From Octopus vulgaris (lineage: Eukaryota), in the NCBI GenBank assembly GCA_951406725.2, contig OX597836.1, positions 42,718,001-42,782,000 on the forward strand: 64,000 bases of DNA, written 5' to 3'. Of this stretch, positions 40,958-55,789 are shown piece by piece. The translations under genes and the position numbers were made by a program. Under the pieces are notes generated by a model that ran no database searches, had not been told where the DNA came from, and was given only the letters and a program-made list of their open reading frames with translations. How positions within the stretch are numbered: position 1 is the stretch's first letter; every line of letters begins with the position of its first letter.

Positions 40958-41189
40958 AATAAAAATAAGGGTAAAATTAATTAATAATTTTACCAAGCAG
41001 TGTTCAGTATGTAAAAATTCCATTAACGGTAAATTTAAACATTGCTTTATATAATTAGGGTTCAGCAAAAAAATTTGCTTTACCACATACCGAACTTTTA
41101 GAAATAGCAGCCAAAGAATTTAGAGCTAAATTCTTTGGCTGCTATTTCTAAAAGTTCGCTATTTTTTGCTGAACCCTAATTATATAAAG
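40954..41189. mobile_element. (TA)n-flanked fold-back element
   Basis: Perfect 33-bp arms 41091-41123 / 41126-41158 (2-nt loop) plus outer arms 41045-41071 / 41162-41189. Begins ..TAAGGGTAAAATT. Confidence 0.7.
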
Positions 41190-41311
<122 letters not shown>

Positions 41312-41527
41312 GTATATATATATATATATATTCGTTTGTTCTTTTACTTATTTCAGTCATTTTAACTTCGGCCATGCTGGAGCACCGCCTTTAGTCGAGC
41401 AAATCGACCACAGGACTTATTCTTTGTAAGCTTAGTACTTATTCTATCAGTGTCTTTTGCCGAAACGCTAAGTTACGGGGACGTAAACACGCCAACATTG
41501 GTTGTCAAGCGATGGTAGGGGAAAACA

Positions 41528-41585
<58 letters not shown>

Positions 41586-41597
41586 ATATATATATAT

Positions 41598-41877
41598 AAA
41601 ATTAATTAAGGGTAGAAATTGATATTTATCAATTAAGACCAGTGGCCTAGCATATTAAAAAAGAATCCGAAGATTAAAATATTTCTATATACCAATTAAG
41701 GACTGAACACGAAAAGTGGACAGTCAACATGCTAGATATAGACGTCAAATCACCATTCTCCACAAAAGATTATGTTCTCAGAGTTTGATCTGAGAACATA
41801 ATCTTTTGTGGAGAATGGCGATTTGACGTCTATATCTAGCATGTTGACAGTCCACTTTTCGTGTTCAGTCCTTAATT

Positions 41878-41885
<8 letters not shown>
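41598..41885. mobile_element. (TA)n-flanked fold-back element
   Basis: 97-bp arms 41686-41782 / 41789-41885 with 2 mismatches and a 6-nt loop. Leader TAAGGGTAGAAATT..ACCAGTGGCCTAGCA. Confidence 0.75.
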
Positions 41886-41928
<43 letters not shown>

Positions 41929-42006
41929 ACGACGGGCTTCTTTCAGTTTCCGTCTACCAAATCAACTCATAGGGCTTTGGGCGGTCCGAGGCTATAGTAA
42001 TAGACA

Positions 42007-42595
42007 TGTAGTTATATTATAACGGTGCGCGCGCGCGCACCGTCCATTTTTTATTTCGCGCGTGTTGGTGCCTTCACCAAGGCACAGAAAGGAAGGGCCC
42101 TCTCGCGCATGCGCGAACCACCGGAAGCACGACCCTGGCCAAGGCAGGGGGTCGTAGAACGTTTGACCGCTGGCAGCAGCAGCGGCGACTTGGGACAGCA
42201 GCGATTGAAGGAGGCGATCACGCGTATATTCTCTCCGTTCGAACTTGCTTCTAGCAGTCCTTACCAAAAGGCCTTTAACCTGGATTGTTGCAGACATCAT
42301 CTTCTTCCTCTGGACGCCATTTTGACCCTTTCTGTTTTGGCGGCTGAACATTGTAAATATTACAATCGATTAACTTTCAGCCTTGCGCGCCCCGAACCAA
42401 GGACATCAGATAACACACTTATTGTTATTGTTACCAAGAAAGAGAATAAAGTAGTTATATATATTTTACGTCTGCGTCTTGTTGTTTCTGACTAGTAGAA
42501 TTCTGGATTATTAAAGCAACGGCTAGTGAGTGATTGCTTTCTTGTACCCCGAAAGTACAAGACAAGATATTCACACACTCTTCAAGTTCGTTACA
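42007..42595 (+). mobile_element. Solo LTR (probably Gypsy/Ty3 class)
   Basis: TGTA...TACA termini, 4-bp TSD GACA (42003-42006 / 42596-42599), AATAAA at 42445. Interrupts the SINE A consensus exactly at the TSD. Confidence 0.8.
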
Positions 42596-42849
42596 GACAC
42601 TTGCCCAAGGTTTGTATGTATGTATATTGTATGTATATTCATAGATGCATTTACATACATTGTGCTCCAGCATGACCGCAGCCGTATGTCTGAAACGAGT
42701 AAAAGAATAAAAATACACACACACACATACTATAGGTTTTTTCACATGAGCTTGTTTTGTGGTTTTTTCCCTGAGTTATTTTTATGTTATTCAATCTTTT
42801 TCAAACATACTAACCTTCAGTAACGTATAGCTAACCATTTATCGAATAC

Positions 42850-43081
42850 TTATTTCTTTACTACCCACAAGGGGCTAAACACAGAGGGAACAAACAAGGA
42901 CAGATAAATGGATTAAGTCGATTACATCGACCCCAGTGCGTAACTGGTATTTATTTAATCGACCACGAAAGGATGAAAGGCAAAGTCGACCTCGGCAGAA
43001 TTTGAACTGAGAACGTAACGACAGACGAAATACGGCTACGCATTTCGCCCGGCGTGCTAACGATTCTGCCAGCTCGCCGCC
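42850..43081 (-). mobile_element. SINE family D, full length
   Basis: Similarity to family D. Confidence 0.85.
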
Positions 43082-43168
43082 CTATTTATCGAATACCTTC
43101 CGATATTAATTATGCTTCGGACTGGAACACTCGGAAAATGCTATCTTGTTCAACGCATACATGTATGG

Positions 43169-43231
<63 letters not shown>

Positions 43232-44216
43232 TGTCTGTGTGTGTGTCTGTGTGTGTGTCTGTGTGACTATATGTATGTATATATCTATAAATGTATGAAT
43301 ATATACTCTTTTACTCTTTTACGCTTGTTTCAGTCATTTGACTGCGGCCATGCTGGAGCACGGCCTTTCAGTCGATCAAATCGACCCCAGGACGTATTCT
43401 TTGTAAGCCTAGTACTTATTGTATCGGTCTCATTTTGCCGAACCGCTAAGTTACGGGGAGGTAAACAAGCCAGCATTGGTTATCAAATTTGAGTGCAATC
43501 GGATGGAGGATGCCCGAGATCCTAGAAGACACACACACAGACAGACAGAACGGATTTTATATAATAGATATATAACAAATCTACGACCGTCTTCAGATTT
43601 AACCTGTCACATCTATATTTAAAAACATGGTTGTTTGAACCCCAAATCAGCACAATACTTACTATCAGCCTCTAGCCTTTTACACTAAAAAGAAATCCTA
43701 ATTAAACCTCAGTAAAAACCTTCAACAAACACAAATTACCGCCTGAAAATGACCTATCATTCACATGGATTCCTAAAGAATTCTTATTTGCAATACATGG
43801 CATTACCTACACGCTTGACTGAACCTAAACAATAATACACAATGAAGCTACTCTCCCTCACGTTTATTCAACGATCAGTTTCTACTAAAAAAAACAGTTA
43901 TTTTCTTTTTGTCAAAACAGTAAAATTATCTCTACAATTACTTCCTCTCTGCCTACACTCCATTAATAAGTGCTTTCGTTCAGTGCTTCTCCCCGGCTCG
44001 TGTTACATAACTACTTTCTTCTTACAAATTCATTTGCATCATGTCCAATTTTTACATATATCATTCTACACATTAAAAGAAACCCTCGCAAAAAGCCTAC
44101 TATATATACAAGGACTGAAAGCCCAAATTAATTACAGGCAAGTAAACCGAAACATCGACGTCACTATTAATCTCTGCCTTGTAAAATTAAATAAATATGG
44201 TACTCTGCTGATATGA

Positions 44217-44790
44217 AATTTTTTTATTCTCTCTAGTTTCAGCTCAGAGCTGCGGCCATGCTGATGCACCGCCGTTTTGCTACACTGTTATTACTAAGAG
44301 CCTCCTCTAATATGTGGCACTTGGTGAAGAATGGAGTTTGATATAGCTACCCTCATTTGCACCTCTTGCCGTAAGGTAGGTTCATCTGGGACTCTCGACA
44401 GGAAGAGGTCCAGCTTTGATTTAAAACCCCCTACATCTACTTTGTGCAAGTTCCTCAGACTCTTTGAGAGAATATTAAAAAGCTGTGGGTCCTTGAAACC
44501 CAGGCTGTTGCAGTAACTGGTCCTGAAGCGTGATGGCATTGCTGGGACCTTTGGCACTATGCAGTGCCGTCCCGTTCTGGCATTGGTGTAGCTTTCAATG
44601 CCAAAATTTGGCACAATTCCTTCCAGGATCTTCCAGACATATATTACTGCATACCTCACCCGTCTTCTCTCCAGGGAGTAGAGTCTTAGCTGTTTCAACC
44701 TTTCCCAGTAGCTGTGCTGTTACAAAGAGACAATCTTCTTTGTGAATCTTCTCTGGATTGCTTCAAGGTCCGCTGTTAATTTCACACTGA
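44217..44790 (-). mobile_element. 3' end of a CR1-group LINE
   Basis: LEAIQRRFTK..YWERLKQLRLYSLERRRVRYAVIYVWKILEG..PQLFNIL..FKSKLDLFLSRVPDEP. 3' UTR GGCGGTGCATCAGCATGGCCGCAGCTCTGAGCTGAAAC followed by an A-rich tail. Confidence 0.85.
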
Positions 44791-44879
44791 AAATTAGTGA
44801 TTTTTCAGTGTTATGTTGAACTTATTTTAAAAATAACTCAATAGAAAAGCAAATATTGGCATACTTATATGTGTATTGT

Positions 44880-45248
44880 GTCCATCCCCTCCTTACCGTG
44901 GTGGGCACGCTGGCAACGGGTAGTGTCAGAGCTATGCCGTCGGGAACTTCGGTTCCTGGTAGGGCCACCCAAGGCGGATTGGTCTGACACCGAGTGGTAT
45001 TAGAGCCAAAACCCGGCAGACGGGGCTCTGGTGAAAATCCTCGGAGTGTCAGTTTCGGCAACCGGCGGTTCCTCGGTCGTTCTGTCCCTGCGTCTGCGGA
45101 CAATCCGCGGCAAACAGGATGTCTCTACATGTGGGATTGTTGGGGACCGCTTGTGAAATCCACATATTCCCACGAAACTTCTTCCAAGGAAGAAGCCGAC
45201 TCAACCCGCCCAGGGTGAATGTTGCCACAAGTACAAGTACAAGTAAGT
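44880..45248 (+). mobile_element. Short GC-rich RTE-derived non-autonomous element
   Basis: 5' CCTTACCGTGGTGG..GAGCTATGCCGTCGGG..CCTGGTAGGGCCACCCAAGGCGGA..GGTC resembles RTE (BovB/Expander) 5' leaders as recalled. 3' (CAAGTA)3 tail. No ORF. Confidence 0.6.
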
Positions 45249-45323
45249 ATTTATAACGACTGTTATGTGTAGTTTCATTCTGATGGGATAGACAACTCAA
45301 TATGAAGCCATTGTTATTGTTTT

Positions 45324-45829
45324 ACGGGCGAAGTTTCTCTTGTCGTAGCACACGTTTCCGTCGATTTCCTCCGTCGATTTCCGTAAAAAATGTAAACACT
45401 GAATCGGCCATACATACATACACACACACATACATACACACACACACACACATACATAGATACATACACACACACATACACACACACACACACACATACA
45501 TAGATACATACACACACACATACATGCAGACATACATATACACATACACCGAGTAAAAAATTTCAGTTATCTCTCTCTTTCACACATTACTCTCTCTGTC
45601 TCTTCGCACACACTAACAGAAGCACTTCACTTACACAACATACTGTCTGTCTCCCACACCCCATCAAACACACACACGGGGACTTCAAAGAGAAATTTCC
45701 TCGTCATAAAATCGCTTCCTCTTAGTCTCTTTCGCTCTCATTACTTATGTAAAAAAATAAAAGTTTTTTACGGAAATCGACGGAGGAAATCGACGGAAAC
45801 TTGTGCTACGACAAGCGAAACATCGCCGT
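45324..45829. mobile_element. MITE with about 65-bp TIRs
   Basis: GGCGAAGTTTCTCTTGTCGTAGCACACGTTTCCGTCGATTTCCTCCGTCGATTTCCGTAAAAAA and its reverse complement at 45764-45827. Confidence 0.8.
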
Positions 45830-46858
45830 TTTGGCACGTGTTTATTTACTTTTCATGTTATACGAACTGTCCACATTCAGCGTAGTGATACATATATACC
45901 ATAGACACAGTTCGTACTGTTCCCTAACAAAATTGTGCCAAAAGTGGGGATGTATTCTACACACGTATACCTACGTATACACATAGATATGAATGTGTAT
46001 CAACGACCAATAACGTTGGAGTCAAAAATTTGTAACGTTCCATATTTTAACAGTTTATCAACATCGAAGGCCACCAGTTATAACAACCATATGCCGCATA
46101 TAACTACACTGAATGATGAGAGAAGACATTAATTGTTTGTTGTAAAGGCTCTTTAGTTATATCATGATTATCGTCCTTACAATGTAGATGACAACTTATT
46201 GCTATAGTTGTACTAAGCATATTTGTTGTCTTAAAGTACCGTTGTAAACAGTAATCGCTCGACAACGTAAAGTATACTAGCCATCTCAATATGGCTAACC
46301 ACTAGGGGTGGGTGTTACTGTAGCTTTTTAGCCCCAGGAGATCATCGTCTCCAGCTGGCTTTAGACACAATTTCTGTGCTCTTATGATATTTGCAAAGGG
46401 AGGTCATCCCCTCTCGAGTAAGATTGTGTTAGGAGTAAATTCTTATGTGGATGACTAATAGAGAGAGAGAGAGAGAAAGAGTAAGGGAATTTAAGTAGAT
46501 AGAAAAATAAAGAATTGTGTTGCTGCGAGATGAAGGGTCTTACTTGAAGTGAGAAAGAGAAATGATCTCTGACCAGCGGTCAAGGGACCAGAGAGAGAGA
46601 GAGAGAGAGAACCAATTGGAGGTTGTCTATTGATATCCTTCTTAACCATATTAGGTCAGATTACACAAAGGATTTTTCCTCTGTACCCGCTTTGACCCAT
46701 GTATGAACTCGAAAAAGGTTGAGAAGTCTGTTTGCTCTCGCAAATTTCCTTGCGCAACAGGCGACAATAATAGGAAGAGGACTTGTAGAAAAATGTGGAC
46801 TCAGTTTCAAATCCTAGTTTAGACATTTGGTAGCCAAACGTTTTGTATATGTGTATAC

Positions 46859-46952
<94 letters not shown>

Positions 46953-48181
46953 AACGGCTAGTTTATGATGACATCGGGGCGAAAAATGTGTCATAAGGAG
47001 GTCAAACCAAATAATGATAGTTTGAAATCGTTTAATACGTACATACACAATTACGTACGTATGCATGTATGCATGTATGTGTATATATATATGTAGATAG
47101 ATAGATACATGGATAGATATTTGTGTGTGCGCATATATATATATATACATATATGTAATATATACATTCCCATACCTAATACAGATATATATATATATGT
47201 ATATAGATATAGATATACATAAATACACACGTACACGCTCACTCGCACGCGCACTCACACACACACGCACACACATATCTATATATCTTTCATATGCTTC
47301 TAGTTTATTTGCAAGATAGGCATTCTTCAAACAGCGCAGAACTTCAATTAATTTATGGCTTCACTATTTTTTTTTTTTTTTTAGTTTTTGGTTTATCTTT
47401 GTGCAACCAAGTTATGTAATTAAAAAAAAATGACATCACTGCATTCTTCAGTTGAATCAGAAATAATCTATTATCCATGGAGGAGTGGGCATTGCGGCGA
47501 TACAGGAGGAGAAAGAGTTGTATGCGAAGAACGTGGATGGCGAAGAATTTTAGGGGAGGAATAGGGGTCGTTTGGCTTGTAAATTGTTTGTGTATAGGCA
47601 TGTCTGTTTGCCAAGGTCCGGTCTGCTACATTCTATATTTAGCTGCAAAACGGTATAAACAACGGTTGAGGGAAAAGAAAATCTTATTTTTGCACACACA
47701 CATGTATGTATGTATGTATGTATGTATGTATGTATGTATGTATGTATGTATGTATGTATGTATGTATGTATGTATGTATGTATGTATGTATGTATGTGTG
47801 TGTATGTATGTATGTATGTATGTATGTATGTATGTATATATGTATGTATGTATGTGTGTATGTATGTATGTATGTATGTATGTATGTATGTATGTATGTG
47901 TGTATGTATGTATGTATGTGTGTGTATGTATGTATGTATGTATGTGTGTATGTGCGTATGTATGTATGCGTGTATGTATGTATGTATGTATGTATGTATG
48001 TACGTATGTACGTATGTATGTATGTATGTATGTATGTATGTATGTATGTATGCGTGTATGTCTGTGTGTATGTATGTATGTATTTATGTATATATGCATG
48101 TATGTATGCATATATATATGTATGTATGTGTGTGTGTATGTATGTATGTGAAATTATTATTATTATCATTATTATTATTAT

Positions 48182-48212
<31 letters not shown>

Positions 48213-48220
48213 TGTAGTAA

Positions 48221-48640
48221 GGCGGCGAGCTGGCAGAATCGTTAGCACATTGGACAAAATGCTTAGCGGTATTTCGTCCGTCGCTACATTCTGATTTCAA
48301 ATTCTGCCGAGGTCGACTTTGCCCTTCAACCTTTCGGAGAAAGTAGTGGCGAAAGAGTACAGCGGGGATCGCCACCATCCCCTGCTGGAGCCTCGTGAAG
48401 CTTTTAGGTGTTTTCGCTCAATAAACACTCACAACGCCCGGTCTGGGAATCGAAACCGCGATCCTACGACCGCGAGACCGCTGCCATTACCACTGGGCCA
48501 TTGCGCCTTTAGTCGAGCAAATCGACCCCAGGACTTATTCTTTGTTAGCCTAGTATCGGTATCTTTTGCCGAACCGCTAAGTTACGGGGACGTAAACACA
48601 CCAGCATCGATTGTCAAGCGATGCTGGGGGGACAAACACA

Positions 48641-48698
<58 letters not shown>

Positions 48699-48873
48699 TG
48701 TATACATATATACGACGGGCTTCTTTCAATTTCCGTCTACCAAATCCACTCCCAAGGCTTTGGTCGGCCCGAGGCTATAGTAGAAGACAATTGCCCAAGG
48801 TGCCACGCAGTGGGACTGAACCCGGATCCATTTGGTTGGCAACCAAGCTACTTAACACACAACCGTTCCTGCG
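48221..48873. mobile_element. Composite of SINE D head (+), SINE B 5' part (-) and SINE A (-)
   Basis: Junctions at about 48337 and 48508. The B/A junction lies at a shared CGCCT. Confidence 0.75.
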
Positions 48874-49020
48874 CTAATGCACAGAAACAATTGTAATTTT
48901 CATTCAAACGCATTCCTTCCATCTTGTTTTATAATTTCTTATATTAATTCTGCTTGCACTAACGGATGCCAATATGTATATCCAGTAAAAGGTGTTATCC
49001 TGCTGTATGATAGCATTACG

Positions 49021-49400
49021 ACACTCCGTCGGTTGTGACGACGATGAGGGTTCCAGGTGATCCGATCAACGAAACAGCCTGCTCATGAAATTAACGTGCT
49101 AGTGGCTGAGCACTCCACAGACACGTGTACTCTTAACGTAGTTCGCGGGGAGATTCAGCGTGACAGAGAGTGTGACAAGGCTGGCCCTTTGAAATACAGG
49201 TACAACAAAAACAGGAAGAAAGAATGAGAGAAAGTTTTGGTGAAAGGGTACAGCAGGGTTCGCCACCACCCACTGCTGGAGCTTCGTGGAGCTTTAGGTG
49301 TTTTCGCTCAGTAAACACTCACAACGACCGGTCTGGGAATCGAAACCACGATCCTACGACCGCGAGTCCGCTGCCCTAACCACTAGGCCATTGCGCCTCC
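49021..49400 (-). mobile_element. SINE family B, full length with TSD
   Basis: Flanking direct repeat TATGATAGCAT. Confidence 0.9.
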
Positions 49401-49920
49401 TATGATAGCATAGGTAGACGATAAACGTAGGGAAGCTTTGAAATGCACGTTATAAGGTTATTACCCAGATGTTAATTCAACCGATGTTGGTGCGTTTGCA
49501 TCCCTGTAACTTAGCTGTTCAGCAGAAGAGACTGATAGAATAAGCACCAGACTACAGGGAATAAGTCCAGGGATCGATTTCTTCGACTAAAGGGTGGTGC
49601 TCCAGCATGGCCACCGTCAGATGACTGAAGAAAGTAAAAGAATAAAAGAATACCAGAAAAACGTTCCGTACCACAAAACGAAGACGGTTCTTTGAATATG
49701 TACGATGTATTTTAAGGTTAAGCAGTAATTCCGTTTACGTTAACTGAGATATTTTGTGAGATATTTTGGTTGGATTATATAGTCGATTAGATCGACCGCA
49801 GTACGCAAGTGGTACTTAATTTATCGACCCCGAAAGGACGAAAAGTAATTTGAACTCAGAACGTAAAGAAAGACGGTCAAAATATGCAAACATTTCTCAT
49901 GGCACCAGTACACCGTTTAC

Positions 49921-49954
<34 letters not shown>

Positions 49955-50096
49955 GCATATACATATATAAATATATATACACATATACATATATATTATA
50001 TATGTATGTATGTATGTATGCACCTACGTATGTATGTATGTACCTACGTATGTATGTATGTACATTTTCCGTGAACTTACACGTACACATACACAC

Positions 50097-50158
<62 letters not shown>

Positions 50159-50233
50159 GCACAACTATAGTCATAGAAAATGAGGAAGAGAGAGCAAAGG
50201 GGAGTTTCTAGCGTTCACTCGCAAGGGGAGTGT

Positions 50234-50642
50234 ATACTCTTACTCTTTTACTTGTTTCAGTCATTTGACTGCGGCTATGCTGGAGCACCGCCTTTAGTCG
50301 AGCAACTCGACCCTGGGACTTATTCTTTTTGTATGCCCAGTACTTATTCTATCGGTCTCTTTTTGCCGAACCGCTAAGTGACGGGGACGTAAACACACCA
50401 GCATCGGTTGTCAAGCAATGCTAGGTGAACAAACACAGACACACAAACACACACACATACATATATATATACATATATACGACAGGCTTCTTTCAGTTTC
50501 CGTCTACCAAATCCACTCATAAGGCATTATTCGGCCCGGGGCTATAGCAGAAGACACTTGCCCAAGATGCTACGCAGTGGAACTGAACCCGGAACCATGT
50601 GGTTGGTTTGCAAGCTACTTACCACACAGCCACTCCTGCGCC
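50234..50642 (-). mobile_element. SINE family A, full length
   Basis: Similarity to family A. Confidence 0.9.
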
Positions 50643-51710
50643 AGTATATGTATATAATAAAACAATATTATCACTCTTTTGAGAAAGTGAAACAGTATAA
50701 TAGTTATGTTTTTCCTATATTCAATTATTGTTTAACTTTCCTATCACAAACATGCGGCTTTGAGTTCTATCGAAAGATCAATAACTACACAAATAAATAT
50801 ATATACATTTACTTTAGTCATTGATTACGTATTACGTTTCTTTCGTTAGTGTACAAGAGAACCATTATTTCAATATATTTTAATATCTACTGCTCCATAA
50901 AAAAAAGAAAATATAAAGAATCAAACGGAACCTTCTACCAACCTTCTTTGTAAACATTGTATGTGAGCACTTTTATATATAGAAATACGTTAATAGGTAA
51001 ATGAAGGTACACATTGATCGCTAATCTATGATTTGAATAAAGGGCATATTTAATCATTCTTGTATACAAATGATGATTTCATAAATATGCTTTGTATTTA
51101 TGACTACATTTGCGATTTAAAAATAATCGAGTAAGCGAGCGGTAAAAGTAAAAAACAAAAAACAAGGTGTGTCTGTGAATGAGAGGATGAGAGAGGAAAA
51201 GAGACACGGAAGCAGAGACAGGGCGCGTAAGTGAGGGTTTACTCGATTAGTGAAGTCAGCTGCATAAAATATTTGACTATTTTATAGGTGTGAGCATTAT
51301 AAACTGTAGGCTTACTACATTAAATTTTATCTAAAACAACCCATCTGTGCATTAAATGTTTATTAAGCATTTAATAACGCCATTAGACAGAATAATATTT
51401 TCATTTTCGTTAGCGTCTTGTTTATATCTGATTTAAATAGCGATTACTATTCAAGGGGAGGGATGCTTATTCTCAGATGAGTAGACAATCAACCATAAAT
51501 CAAATAAAGATAGTTTGGTGGTGGGTTCTATGAGCGGAAACACTGACAAAATGTATTTAAATTAAATCACATTCTAGGTTGTAGGCATTATTATAAACTA
51601 TATGGTAATTACATTAAATTAACCATACATACATACATACATACATACATATAAATAAAAATAACAGAACAAGAACGAAACGGACGACAATGAAAACATA
51701 TGGACAGATA

Positions 51711-51875
51711 GGCGCAGGAGTGGCTGTGTGGTAAGTAGCTTGCTAACCAACCACATGGTTCCGGGTTCAGTCCCACTGCGTGGCATCTTGGGCAAGTGTC
51801 TCCTGCTATAGCCCCGGGCCGACCAATGCCTTGTGAGTGGATTTGGTAGACGGAAACTGAAAGAAGCCTGTCGTA

Positions 51876-51927
<52 letters not shown>

Positions 51928-52119
51928 TGTGTGTGTGTGTTTGTGTGTCTGTGTTTGTCCCCCTAGCATTGCTTGACAACCGATGCTGGTGTGTTTACGT
52001 CCCCGTTACTTAGCGGTTCGGCAAAAGAGACCGATAGAATAAGTACAGGGCTTACAATGAATAAGTCTCGGAGTCGATTTGCTCGACTAAAGGCGGTGCC
52101 CCAGCATGGCCGCAGTCAA
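51711..52119 (+). mobile_element. SINE family A, nearly full length
   Basis: Similarity to family A. Tail cut at 52119. Confidence 0.9.
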
Positions 52120-52699
52120 TCGAGAGATGGACGATACAAAGACGGACAGGAAAACCAAGACGGAACATTCGTGGCTTTCTATTCATCAGTGAAGCTTCCA
52201 ATTATCACTACAGTTTCAGTCTGTTACACTTGAGACTGTTCAAAATTGGTAGGCCCCAAAAATCTAAGGTAAGGGCATTATTTTTTTGGGAAGGAAGCTG
52301 TCGAATACGTGCGACAACACGGACAAAAAAACACCGCAGAAAACGGAGAAAATGTTACACGATTAAAAACACAAAACGACTTTCACGTTTACATCCGTGG
52401 GAAACATGACAGAAAAAGAGGAATACAAGAAAAAAAAAAACAACGGGAGTGAAAGACAGAGAAAATGTAAACGAAAAGGGGGATGGTTGCTGAAGGAATG
52501 GAAGAGTATTTAAATTAAACATCATAACATAAATTGCTGCACAATACAACAAATATAAAGAAAGAAATTAAAAAAAATGAACAAAAAAAAAAAGGAAACG
52601 TGAATTGAAATGAAATCTGGAATTTGTATTACGAAGCCGGGTGTAAAAACAGGGTGCAGCTAAGATGCGTGGGTTGCTTTTTGCATTTTGTCTAACACT

Positions 52700-54243
<1,544 letters not shown>

Positions 54244-54502
54244 AGGAGAAAAATAAGATGAAAAACCGCAGAAGATTTGTTTTACGAGACTAAAGAATAT
54301 ATTTAAATCGTCATGGCAAAAGTATTATACAATATTATATATAATACAGTTTTTTTCCCTTGATAAAATAACGGATCCGCCGAAGCTTTTCAAATTTTGA
54401 GTATTAGATGCCATTCGGAATGAGACGTCCTGTTTACTAGGAGCGGGGCATAATGTGTGACCAAAGTATTTTTCGGTAAATGGGTAATAGATTGTAATTA
54501 TC

Positions 54503-54960
54503 AATATGTGCTTATATTTTTCGATAAATGAGGCCTCTTTTAATCAACTTATGTTGAGGTCCCAATAGCATATTGATAAAATGGGAAGATTAGGAATTGT
54601 GGCTGCAGTTGTTCTGCACATCTGTCAATGTGTTCACTGAGATGTGTCTGGTAATATTGTGGGGAAGAAATCTGTTGTCTGTGAACTGTACCCCTACGTC
54701 TAAGGGACATTCCTGTCCTATGGAACCTTTATAGTTTTTATGACAGCTCGAACATCTTATGACATAAATGAGGTTTTCAGAGGCGCAAGTGAAATTGGAT
54801 TTAATTTGGAATTTTTGCCCTTGTATAAAATGGAATTCTGGAAAAGTCGACCACAATGTTTTACTCTTACGTCCGTTATCCTTGAGAATAATTTAGCATT
54901 TGCGCGGATCTTCTTTAATACCTTTGGTTGTTTATTGCTTTTAGAATATAAGCTCATATT
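54503..54960 (-). pseudogene. Second Penelope-like GIY-YIG endonuclease relic
   Basis: KSNFTCASENLIYVIRCSSCHKNY../TGMSLRRRGTVHRQQI..LSEHIDRC..IFPFY../KEASFIEKY with frameshifts. Paralogous to 28782-29133. Confidence 0.85.
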
Positions 54961-55026
54961 GATAATTACAGATTTATCTTCCTTTTACTGAAATTATACA
55001 CCGTCTAGTAGACAACACTTCTACTA

Positions 55027-55423
55027 GACGCTCGACCTTTATTCTCTAGCAAAAACGACGACGCCGTGGAGATCTCATTCTTGCTCACAACATCATAAGC
55101 GGAAAGTGTAACCTCTCGAAGGAGCTGTTCTTCACTCCTGCTCCAGAGCGTCGGCTGCGGGGGTCATTCCGAAAAGCTCTCTCTGCGACGATTTCATCTC
55201 AATCGAAGAAGAGGGGCTTTCTCCGTCCGGGTTGCGGATCCGTGGAATAAGCTGCCAGACGAGATGGTGAAGATGCCGACGACCGCTCGGTTCAAAGTCT
55301 CCCTTGACCTCAAGTGGCCTGATTTCTTTACATGAACACCACCCTGTACATAACTCCATGTCCCCCTACATGGCCTTGCTTTTTGCTTTTTGAACCAAAA
55401 AATTAACTAACTAACTAACTAAC
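55027..55423 (+). mobile_element. 3' end of a CR1 LINE with (TAAC)n tail
   Basis: LDLYSLA/KRRRRGDLILAHNII..FF..RLR/GHSEKL..RRGAFSVRVADPWNKLP..FKVSLD with two frameshifts. Confidence 0.85.
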
Positions 55424-55524
55424 TTCTCATTTCCAAGTGCATCTAATGCTCAAACTTTGAAAATCTTCAGCGAAACTGCTCATTTGACTAGTGGAAAAAA
55501 ACCTTATTCTGTATAATACTGTAT

Positions 55525-55729
55525 CTTTATCTTTTATCTTTTACTTGTTTCAGTCATTTGACTGCGGCCATGCTGGAGCACCGCCTTTAATCGAACAACT
55601 CGACCCCGGGACTTATTCTTTTGTAAGCCCAGTACTTATTCTATCGGTCTCTTTTGCCGAACTGCTAAGTAACGGGGACATAAACACACCAGCATCGGTT
55701 GTCAAGTAATGCTAGGGGGACAAACACAG

Positions 55730-55789
<60 letters not shown>

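Larger units (their letters stand above)
41340..42610 (-). mobile_element. SINE family A split by a fold-back element and a solo LTR
   Basis: Tail at 41340-41525, middle at 41920-42006, resumes GACACTTGCCCAAGG at 42596. Confidence 0.8.

Noticed and set aside
42025-42495. 156-aa GC-rich ORF as a gene
   Set aside because: Lies entirely inside a TG..CA element with a TSD, has a non-ATG start, and shows no recognisable domain.
43640-44215. ORF 43842-44216 or a decayed LINE segment
   Set aside because: No motif identified on either strand.
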